A DNA stretch of 64,000 nucleotides from the NCBI GenBank assembly GCA_949358305.1, contig OX442314.1:15686001-15750000 (forward strand), in the 5' to 3' direction. The translations under genes were made by a program, and so were the position numbers. Source of the stretch: Strigamia acuminata (taxonomy: Eukaryota). Positions 1 through 9,900 of this stretch are shown here, in pieces. Each line of letters starts with the position of its first letter. The first letter of the stretch is position 1. The notes under the pieces were generated by a model that worked only from the letters and a program-made list of their open reading frames with translations, was not told where the DNA came from and ran no database searches.

Positions 1-624
1 GGAATTCTCCCAAATATAATCCTACTATGATATATGATCGGCTGTTGTCGTGTCGTATTATAAGCAAAACCATAAACTTAAATCAATTAAAAATTCGATT
101 GCAACTTTTAATGTGAAATGTTTAAAACATTTCGTTACATTTGACTGATCTTACCGAAAACGTGCCAACAGTCGTCACCAGACCATTTTTTTAAAAATAA
201 ATTTTATTGGCACTATCAAGGTAAACTTAAACCTCAACCATAAAATGTCGTGATTATTATAAGCACACAAAGTAATTATTTCCCAGTCAAAACGAATTCT
301 CCCAAAGCGAGAAATTCACATTCGCATTAGCAAAATTGATGCCAATTTCTCAGCACACATAGCGTCAAGCCGAATGACGTCAAAGCCTTCACTTAGGGAT
401 GAACTTGTCACTATGTGAGAAATGAGGCAAGCGGAGCTAGGCATGCGAAGCAAATAAATAATAAAACGTGAGACGCAAAGCGCTTGATGGCGGGGGTCGA
501 ACGTATACCGCGCCCGCTGCAGCCATTAGCACGCATATTACGTTACTGCTGATAACACCGGGCTTTCCGTCTCAAAACATCAGCACACATTTCTTCATTG
601 CTACGTCGACTACCTTCTGCACTT

Positions 625-1242
625 TGTGGTGACCACGAGGTCACAGAAGTGTTTAATAATTTTATAACATGGTAAAAAGTGTTTTTAGTATTTACAATAA
701 TTAATCGCCAGATTATTACGGGAAAACTAGCAATACTAGTTTTACCGTTTCTGCGGAATCAACATGATGACGTCAGCCATTTTGCATAATTCTCCGAATT
801 TATGCAAATACGTCATTTCCGGTCATTAGGGGGTATTTAAACCCGTGTTTTGACCGGAAGCGCCACACAGATATATCGCAGCAACAGTAGCATCACACCT
901 CACCTTTCAGGCCGAACACCACGGATTGATAGAGGACCGATGCCAGTTGCCCAAGTCATCTGTAACACCAAGCCAAAGATATTTGTCGTAGCAAAACTAC
1001 GACCGAAATATCTCACCATCGCTGAAGCGTTTTGCGAACACGTGTTTTGCCAGGACGCCATTAACCCTAGACAACCAGAAGCCACGTGTAAGACTGCCGT
1101 GCAGCAACAAATCGTATCCGCCGACAAGGATCCGAGACCACAACATTGTTAAGTATTATTATTATATTACAAGTGTGAAATAAAAAGGTTATTTGTAAGA
1201 TATTTGTGTAAAGTTTATTTACCGGAAACCAAGGTTACGACA
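625..1242 (+). repeat. 5' LTR (618 bp) of the truncated element
   Basis: TG...CA termini identical to the 36395/47177 LTRs. The interior is clearly homologous but diverged. Followed by CG and the PBS. Confidence 0.95.
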
Positions 1243-1244
1243 CG

Positions 1245-1262
1245 TGGGGGTCTGTCCGGGAT
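1245..1262 (+). promoter_or_regulatory. Primer-binding site, tRNA-Pro type (degenerate)
   Basis: TGGGGGTCTGTCCGGGAT; 15/18 match to the complement of the tRNA-Pro 3' end (TGGGGGCTCGTCCGGGAT). Confidence 0.85.
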
Positions 1263-1327
1263 AGTTTGACTAATCAGACTATTTAAATAAACATATCTTA
1301 CGGTTTGGAATTTACAAACTATCGAAA

Positions 1328-3064
1328 ATGCCGAAAAGCGGAAAGAATCGAAATCCTTCGACCGCAAGCGCCCGAAGAAAAGCCATGGAATCAGCCAAGG
1401 CAAGGGCCGAAGCATTGGCTAGCCCAGCGTTAGATAAATTACCGCCGGAATCGACGAAAAGAAATACGATTGGAAAAACACCAATCGATAAAAACAACGC
1501 CGATAAATTACCGCCGGAATCGACAAAAAGAAATACGATTGGAAAAACACCAATTGATAAAAATAACGCCAAAAAAACGTCTGTCGGACAAACACCGATT
1601 GGAAAAACTCCAAACCACGCCGGAAAAACGTCTATCGGACAAACACCGATCGGAAAAACGCCGAATCACGTCGAAAAAACGTCTGTCGGCAAAACACCGA
1701 TCGAAAAAACTCCGAAACCATCGAACAAGAATACGCAACCCGACTTTACGGAAACGATAGAAGAAGAATCCGACAAGGATGAAAATGGGTTTAGCCTGTT
1801 CGATAGAGACGACGACGGAACTCAACGCAATCGAGTAACCATTCAACACGGCTATAATTCAACGCGATCCCAGATTAATCGATGCAGAGAAGCATACGAA
1901 ATCGCCCGATTAATGGGAATCCCGTACGACGAAGAAGGGGATCCGCTGGCCCAATTGGACATGGTACTCCGGCTGACAAGAGAACGGGCAGAAAAAAGAG
2001 CTATCCGACGAGGGAAGAAGGCCGTCAAGCGTCAAAAAACGAATGATCAGACGACCGACTCGTATGACTCGACCCGAACCAGTTCCGACGCGGACGACGA
2101 AAGCGAAGCTGATTCGCTCGATTCGAAAGGAATTAACGTCCAAGGATGGGCTAGTATCGTAGACGAGCCCGTCGAAGTGCAGAACGAATTCTTGGAAGCT
2201 TTTCAGCAAGACAGTCGCAATAATCGCGGGAGACACTCGTGGGCATTCGCACAATCTTTCGCCGCTAAAGCTGGCAATACCAGCCAAACACCAAACGACC
2301 CGAATTCTGAAATGATACGATTAATTAATCAGAAAAACCAGGTCAGAAATCAACAGGGACGAGATAGGTTGGCAATGCCAAGCCTCGATGACATACGAAC
2401 AGTTAAAGCTAACGTTGACGCAGCTAACGAAGCCGCAAAAGCCAAGATCAAGACCGCTAACGACGCCGATAAGGAAGCCGCGAAGATTAATTCGCAACTA
2501 TACGGAGGGAGAAAATCAATCGTATTATTAAAACAAAATAACGGGATCCTGAGCGGAACAGCCGTAAATGGAATCTTCCCCTCCGGAACGCAGCTGACTG
2601 CGACTTCCCCAACTTTAACTAATCAGAATTCTCCTCAACACCAGAATTCTTCGCAAAATAACCAATTCCTTCCTCAAAATGGAAATACATCCCCGAATTA
2701 CGGAAGCCAGTATCAAGCCGATCCCATAATGGAAGCTCGACTAAGGGCACTCGAGGAACGAGCACGCGCCGACTCCCAAGCCAATCAAAATCGAAATTTA
2801 AGAAATCGACCGAGACAAAACGAGAGCCTCCTTCGAAAATATTCTGCCGACCAGTGGGCCTTAGAACAAAAAGATCGAAACATAAAGTGGTCACAATTGC
2901 GACTAATGAGGTTCGACGGAACTTGGAGAGCCGGAAATAAATTCCTAGACGAAGTGGCACTCACCATTTCACGGCTCGGAGCCGAACCCGATGAAATGGT
3001 AGCAAAAGGGTTACCCGAAATGCTAGTAGGAGAAGCTAGAGCCTGGTACGTAGAGGCGATCTAG
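1328..3064 (+). pseudogene. gag: Truncated gag ORF (578 aa), open up to the break point, lacking the capsid C-terminal part and the zinc knuckle
   Basis: Colinear with gag 37094-39634 (e.g. identical QNESLLRKYSADQWALEQKDRNIKWSQLRLMRFDGTWRAGN). The last codons and the stop come from non-element flanking DNA. Confidence 0.9.
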
Positions 3065-3175
3065 TTGATCCTATGCGAAAATGATCCCCTTTCGCAATTG
3101 ATCGACTTTACCTATCAAACAATACAGCTGTCGTGTAATAGAAAAACGTATTTTTATTTCTACAAAATACGGAGT

Positions 3176-3233
3176 AAATAATTTAAACCCGTTTAAATTC
3201 GATCAAATAATTTAAACCCGTTTAAATTCGATC
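3176..3233. repeat. Perfect 29-bp tandem duplication
   Basis: AAATAATTTAAACCCGTTTAAATTCGATC x2. Confidence 0.9.
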
Positions 3234-4889
3234 CCAACCAAAAGGTAGAGTGGTCCACCTTTTCACTTTCTCATTAGTGACGAAATCAGAGGCCCGAGAC
3301 AGAGTACAGACCGCCCAACTAAAGATAACTGGACAATCAATACATTCCATGGAAAGAACTTGATAAGAAACGTATCAAACGGCCTTGTTAGTGAAGTTGC
3401 ACTAGAGAAGTATACAGTTGCATTCGCAGAAAGGTTTTCGGAGGTGGGAGGAGAACGAGCGGTTGCCAGTGAAAAGTTGCAATTGTACACCGACAAACAG
3501 CCATCAATTTCATTCACCGGGCAGAGCGCTACAATTGCCAATACTTCAACTGAACTTTTCAATTCCCCAAGTGAAAGGAGGGTCAGAAGTAAGAACATTC
3601 TGTGGAAAAAAGGCAGTAGAATTTAAGACTGAGGTTTATGTCAGTCGTAAATAGATGTTTAACAAATAAGCAGAGTAGTCAATCATTTTAAAATGTAGTA
3701 AAATATTTTTTTATAACTCGTGCTGAATTTAACGATGTATTTTTTAATGGTTTCCCTGAAGCTGTAATATCTACGTGCCGAAATGATTTATGTAAAGTAT
3801 TTTTCGATAGCGATAAACGTTAACAAAAATGCTCGCAAAAATGCCAGTGCCCAATCCAAATATTATTTGTGTTTACCATCTTTTGTCTCTTAAATATCTT
3901 CTATAATAAAAACTTGATGGCAGAAAGCTATCACCGACATAAAAAGTGCAAAACTAAAAGACAGCTGCACTAAATAGGTGTTTCGTGTAGATAACACTAG
4001 GTGCAATACTATTATCTGTCATTCTACTAAAGCTTAATACGACTTTTAAATGTTTAAGCCATTCTTAGGTTTAGAAGAATCCTTAGAAACGGTTATCTTG
4101 AGTTGGGTTATACTATTGACATGTCCTTTAACTGCTCCTGTGCTTAGGGTTGTATACTCAAGGGTAAATTCAGGAAGTAACCCGTAGACTGAGTCAAGCA
4201 TTTATATTGGCAGTTTGGTGAATCCAGACTCACAACCAAACAACCTTATCTGCAAGAAGAACAACAACAATCGAATCTAAGCGAAAAACATAATTGAAAA
4301 TAATAGTGATTAACGTTTAGAATTTAGATATCTTTTTTTAGCTTTATATTTCACGATTTTTTTTATTCCACCCAAATATGCGATAATTATCAATAAGTTC
4401 ACTAATATTCATTAAAAGAATACCAACTCAACGGCTTGGTTTTCGCTTTTCAATCACTATAGCTGCATTCGCAAAGCAAGTTTAATTGGAAGTTACATAT
4501 GTTTTGCAGTTTAAATGCTGTGCGCATGCCGAATGTTAACTCTAAGACTAACAAGGGAACCACATGAATAAGTCATTTTAGATTTTGGCCAAATTTTGGC
4601 CAAATGATGTCTAAAGTGAGCTTAATAATTGCCTAAATTTTTAAATCTCCATGGTCAGCTGATTAACCATGGTAATTATCCCAAATCTGTACTCTTTTTG
4701 GGCTCTAGTAGACATTTTGAGTGAAAAGGCTGTGTGTAGGGATATGGTAAACAACTGGTTGCTGAGCAACAACTCCAGGAAAATAGTTCTGGAGCACTAA
4801 TCCAGAACTATTTTTTCTGGAGTTGTTTTCTGGTCACATGGTCACATCCAGGAATTTTATGACTGTCTTCATGAAGACAATAATAGTTT

Positions 4890-4952
4890 GTAGTTGTGGT
4901 CCAGTGGTTAAGGCAATGGACTAGGAATCTTTCCACACAGGTTCAAATCCTG
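4890..4952 (+). pseudogene. tRNA-Ser(AGA)-derived sequence in the left arm of the foldback element (mirror copy on - strand at 5143-5869, interrupted)
   Basis: GTAGTTGTGGTCCAGTGGTTAAGGCAATGGACTAGGAATC...CACAGGTTCAAATCCTG versus the recalled tRNA-Ser consensus GTAGTCGTGGCCGAGTGGTTAAGGCGATGGACTAGAAATC...CGCAGGTTCGAATCCTG. Variable arm shortened and 3' acceptor strand missing. Confidence 0.8.
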
Positions 4953-5173
4953 GTGTGTGTGTGAAAATTTTTACTTTTATTTTTTAATTTTTTTAGCAGT
5001 AATTTTAATGTTTGTAATTTTATGTTTGTTAAAAAATTAAATTAATTAATTAAAGTTTTCTAAAAACAAACATAAAATTACAAACATTAAAATTACTGCT
5101 AAAAAAATTAAAAAATAAAAGTAAAAATTTTCACACACACACCAGGATTTGAACCTGTGTGGAAAGATTCCTA

Positions 5174-5835
5174 CCGTCTTCCCCCGAACATAACGTCATG
5201 ACGTTATATTCAAGTTTTTTCGAAAATCGCTGTTTTCGAAAGTTTTAGCGATTTCTCGAATATAACGTCACTTCCAATATAACGTCATGACGTTGTATTC
5301 GAATACAACGTCATGACGTTATATTCGAGTGCATTGACGGGTGCGATGCCGGGAAGCATTGCAGGTGCGCTTTTAACGGGCGCAATGCCGAAAAAACGAA
5401 TTCGACACGAATTTTGACAAGAATTGGACACGAATTGGATACGAATTAAACACAAATTATCAGGGCCGTGTCGACCTATGAGGCGAAGAGGCGGCCGCCA
5501 GGTGGCCATGCCGTGGTATGTAAATTTACCAAGGCATGGCCACCTGGCGGCCGCCTCTTCGCCTCATAGGTCGGCACGGCCCTGCGAATTATACACGAAT
5601 TGGACACGAATTGTAAAACGAATTGTACACGAATTGTAAAACAAATTGTACACGTATTGTAAAACAAATTTGGCACGAATTGTCCAATTTACATGCTCAA
5701 TTTCTGATTTTTCTGATTTTTCAAAAGTTGCATGAAAAAGTACGAATATAACGTCATGACGTAGTGTTCGAATAAAACGTCAGGTGTCGTTGTATTCGAA
5801 CACAACGTCATGACGTTATGTTCGGGGGAAGACGG
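5174..5835. mobile_element. Tc1/mariner-superfamily (Tc2/pogo-like, CCGT ends) MITE, TA TSD, nested in the foldback element
   Basis: TA|CCGTCTTCCCCCGAACATAACGTCATGACGTT ... AACGTCATGACGTTATGTTCGGGGGAAGACGG|TA. Subterminal AACGTCATGACGTT repeats and internal ~11-bp CACGAATTG tandem repeats. Confidence 0.9.
5461..5584. mobile_element. 124-bp hairpin hAT-like MITE nested in the Tc2-like MITE
   Basis: CAGGGCCG...CGGCCCTG termini; ~52-bp near-perfect inverted arms; 8-bp TSD CAAATTAT/CGAATTAT (7/8). Confidence 0.85.
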
Positions 5836-6355
5836 TAGTCCATTGCCTTAACCACTGGACCACCACTACAAGCTATTATTGTATTAAAATTCCTGGATGT
5901 GACCATGTGACCAGAACACAACTCCAGAAAAAATAGTTCTGGATTAGTGCTCCAGAACTATTTTCCTGGAGTTGTTGCTCAGCAACCAGTTGTTTACCAT
6001 ATCCCTACACACAGCCTTTTCACTCAAAATGTCTACTAGAGCCCAAAAAGAGTACAGATTTGGGATAATTACCATGGTTAATCAGCTGACCATAGAGATT
6101 TAAAAATTTAGGCAATTATTAAGCTCACTTTAGACGTCATTTGGCCAAAATTTGGCCAAAATCTAAAATGACTTATTCATGTGGTTCCCTTGTAAATCAG
6201 CCGCCATCGAGATAACAGTCAGTCAAACATTTGAAAAAAGTTTAGTCTAAATGACTTTCCGAATGCAGCAACTGGAAAAAGCTAACAACTGGCAAACAGT
6301 ATATTTGAAAATAGCTAATAACAAAAGAAAATCGAACAAACAAAATGTTAGTTGT

Positions 6356-6974
6356 AGTTCATAGGTCATAGGAAGAGAAAAATAAAAATTGACAAGAAGA
6401 TAACTTATGTCATTATTAGACCAAATCCGATGTTTTTACTTGTTCAATTGTTTCTAGATTTTTATGTCGTTTGTTTAAACTTTGCAAAATTGTTAAATCT
6501 CCTCCATTTTTAGTTTACAAAAGTTTCCAAAAGTTGTCGTTGGTGGCGCTTTTGATGACGTCATTGGCAACAAACAAACAGCTTTTTAGCATGGGCTTGG
6601 CTTCATTTAAGAGCTATGAAATTTTTTTTCCATCAATTTGAGAGTACTGTTAGGTTATTGGGTTTTTAATATTCAGTAAATATTCAAATTTGCTATTTGG
6701 TGCATGTGTATAGGTTCAAAATAACTAATAAAAAAATTTCATAGCATGAAGCCAAGCCCATGCTAAAAAGCTGTTTGTTTGTTGCCAATGACGTCATCAA
6801 AAGCGCCACCAACGACAACTATTTAAAACTTGTACACTAAAAATGAAAAACATTGAACAATTTAGCAAAGTTTAAACAAACGATATAAAAATCTAGAAAC
6901 AATTGAAGAAGTAAAAACAACGTATTTGGTCTAAAAATAACATAAGTAATCGTCTTGACATCTTCCTATGAACT
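6356..6974. mobile_element. Palindromic foldback/MITE element (family also at 49303-49596)
   Basis: ~250-bp inverted arms (e.g. GGTGGCGCTTTTGATGACGTCATTGGCAACAAACAAACAGC / GCTGTTTGTTTGTTGCCAATGACGTCATCAAAAGCGCCACC). Ends approximate; TSD not resolved. Confidence 0.8.
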
Positions 6975-9900
6975 TTAATGATACTTATGAAAGCTGTGTG
7001 CTGATATCATTGTTATTGTACGCGCTATACACTGTTGCGTATGACAACAGTTGTTCCCTTTGTATTGTACCAAAGATGGAGTAAATACTAAACTCGTTTA
7101 TTTCTTCCTCATCTCATATCTCTTATTCCTGATACAACACAAACATAAACTAAAAATTTTATCTTGCTCAATTATTCATGCATGCCGTACCTTCCTAACT
7201 CGTAAACAAAACTTCAGTTCGATTCAAGAAAATGTATTTCTTTTTGTTTCTTGAACAAATAAAACTTATCATTGTACAGAAAAAATACTAAATATTTAAC
7301 AACATCAAGTACTTTTCCTTGCAACCTTTCCACCTGTAACCTTTAAAATGCCCATTTTGCTATTTAACAAACAGTATATTTTTTATCTTTTACAGGAAAT
7401 ATCATTAAAAATTCAGTGCACTTAAAACGCCAAAAAGAAAGAATTTCGATAACAAAAAGAAAAACCCATTTGGATAACAATTTTATTTCTTAATAATAAT
7501 TTATTATTCTATTTTTATTTCATCCTTCTCAATGCTGTCTCAGAAAATCAAGTCCATTAGTGTAAATCTCGTTAAAAGTTAAAATAAAAGTATAAATATT
7601 TACCCACAAAAGTTTTTGTTTAAATCATTTGCAAATATTTGCGAACAATTATGAAACTATAAATTATGAAATAGTGACTTCTCAATCTCTTGCAGTAGGC
7701 CTACCAAACATGTTCACAATTTTTTAGCAAACAACAATTATAATCTGAAAAGCTTATAGCAAAACAAATGCCTCAAAGAAACAAAGGAAAAAAGAAGTCA
7801 TAGAGACACAAAAGGCAACCAAATCTAAGCTAAGATCCCAAATCGAAACCAGGAGGCCAGAGTTCTCGTTCAACACCATTGGATGCCCAGTCTCCTAGAA
7901 GGCAGAGATGGATTAACCACCCCTACACACGGTAGTCTCAGATCCAAGCAAATAGTTGAATAAAAAAGAGTTTCAAATGAAAGCCGCTGGGCTGGCTCCC
8001 AAAGAGTCTCGCAAGATGTCGTATGCACGTTCCCATTCCCCGTGCACAGAATCTTGATGTCAAATTCAAACTGCAAATGTCTTTTACCAATAAAAACACA
8101 ACAATCATAAAAAAAATTTCCAAATAAAAAGAAAAACAGGCTATAAATACGGTTTTCTTGGATTTACATAAAAGATTCAAAGCGCGGAATATATTACACA
8201 ATTTTTTCCAGCTAATTATATACGTATTGTAAATAACATCGATTTCGTGTAAGATCACACAAATGAACTCGAGATTTCGCACAAGATTTGATACAAAGCG
8301 TGAAATTTTTAAAATTAATACTTTATATACCAAATCTTGATTAAGCTCGCGGCACGAGATTTGATATAAAGTTTGATGTTCACAACACGAACAGTTGCAG
8401 CTCAATTAAATGCGAAACTAAAAGTAACGCCTTAAAATTCAGACTATCACTTCAGCAAAAAAAACTCACACGTGGGGATGAACATCATTTGTTGATATGA
8501 AACAGGTTTCAAATATCCACAATTAAGAGAAGCGATGCAGACTACATCTGTATTTTTATTTCAGTAATACTTGGTTTATACCGCTTTCTAGAACAACAAA
8601 ATCTTGTTTGTGTGTATTGCACTTGACTCTTTTTCGAGCGAAAAAATGATTTTTATTTTCTACTTTAATTGGAAACAAGATTAAGACTTAAGTGCAGCAG
8701 ACCTTTAAAATTTCCAACTTCACATCAACTTCAAATCCACTTAGAGAAAATGTGCGCACTTGTACAATTCCCTTGATCCAAAAGTTCCCCTTAAAAATAT
8801 TAACAAAATGCAACGGAAGAACTTTCTTAAAGTGGTCACGTACGTTTCAATCATCAAATTAGAAGACAAAGCTCATCCAGCCAAAGAGTAAATCCTACAC
8901 CAACAATTTTTCTTATGTCAGAGGATCCTTAATCAAAGGCTTAAGCAGTGACGCAATTAATGAGGCTCCAGAATAAGACTTCGCATCCCTCTTGCTACAC
9001 AGTTCTTCTCCATCAGCACCCTAAACAAGATTTTCATTAAAACTTAACTAATTTCTTCTACTTTACGCATTGAGACACTTATTGCACTTAAAGCCAGGAG
9101 ATTAGTGAAATGGAATAAATTTCTTGACAAAGATCGTTGATGAGAATCTTGCTCTCGCATGAGGTAAACCAACACGCTACACGCGAATACTTTTGCTTTC
9201 ATACAATAAATCCCCCTAGCATAACTTAATACTATTTGCGCTTGATGTTAACTAATGAGAACATTCTCTGTGCTCCAACACTTGCTTGTGCCAAGAAATT
9301 CTATTTAAGATGTGCAGGATTGGATAACAAAAAGATATAACTTTGCTTCAACTCACATTACGCACTCGGCGAAACTTGAAATGTTTCTATAATGCAAATA
9401 TGCATTATAAAAAATTTACAACCTTAGCGATGTGTAAATGTCCACCGTTTTGCACATTACTGTTAAGCCGACTAAGCACATGTTGAAATCGCATAGTTTG
9501 ATTACATCCACACTGATTATGTGCGAATTCACGGTTCAGAGTTAAGGCTATAGTGTCAAGATAAATGTGTCGCACGAAAGGTCCAAGTTGAGTTCCATTT
9601 TAATAAATCATTCTAAAGAGACGAACATATTAAGCAGTAATTTAAAAGCGTTTTCAAAACTCCTATAGGTCAATAGTGCATCATATTACATACATTTAAT
9701 TTATGAATAGTTTTTGTTTAAATAAACGTTGCCATTTGAAATATGGATGAAACTGAAACCATAGTAACAACATCATCCAGTGCAGTAACAGATCTCTTCA
9801 TACAGAAAAAATTACGCCCAGTGTTGTTGCCAAACTAGAAACGGAATGAAAAAAATCAATCAATTGGTATTAACTTTGAGGGCCAACCGAGCAGTCATTA

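Larger units (their letters stand above)
625..3058 (+). mobile_element. 3'-truncated Ty3/Gypsy LTR retrotransposon (5' LTR, PBS and N-terminal two-thirds of gag); diverged relative of the element at 36395-47789
   Basis: LTR TGTGGTGACC...GTTACGACA aligns to the LTRs of the full-length element. The PBS follows, and gag homology stops abruptly after ...GEARAWYVEA (~3058). Confidence 0.95.
4552..6192. mobile_element. Long foldback/palindromic non-autonomous DNA transposon (arms ~480 bp), 3-bp TSD TAA (PIF/Harbinger-like TSD)
   Basis: TAA|CAAGGGAACCACATGAATAAGTC ... GACTTATTCATGTGGTTCCCTTG|TAA. Arms are near-perfectly complementary towards a centre at ~5030-5060. The right arm is interrupted by the 5174-5835 insertion. 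Confidence 0.9.

Noticed and set aside
486..560. tRNA/SINE-like segment on the minus strand (GTTCGACCC)
   Set aside because: Only a B-box-like motif; no A box or cloverleaf.
850..1152. 100-aa ORF in the LTR
   Set aside because: Non-ATG start, and frame-shifting indels relative to the other LTRs.
3263..3654. Overlapping 78-111-aa ORFs after the truncated gag
   Set aside because: No similarity to the missing gag/pol sequence and no recognisable motifs.
4046..4500. Possible small spliced minus-strand transcript with a 51-aa ORF (MLDSVYGLLPEF...)
   Set aside because: Splice signals are only moderate and there is no homology support.
4890..4952. Functional tRNA gene
   Set aside because: Acceptor-stem 3' strand absent, anticodon stem and variable arm disrupted; treated as a derived sequence.
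5185..5330. CRISPR-like repeat-spacer pattern (also 19795-19990 and 24125-24350)
   Set aside because: Eukaryotic context, irregular or absent spacers, no cas genes; these are subterminal or internal repeats of TIR elements.
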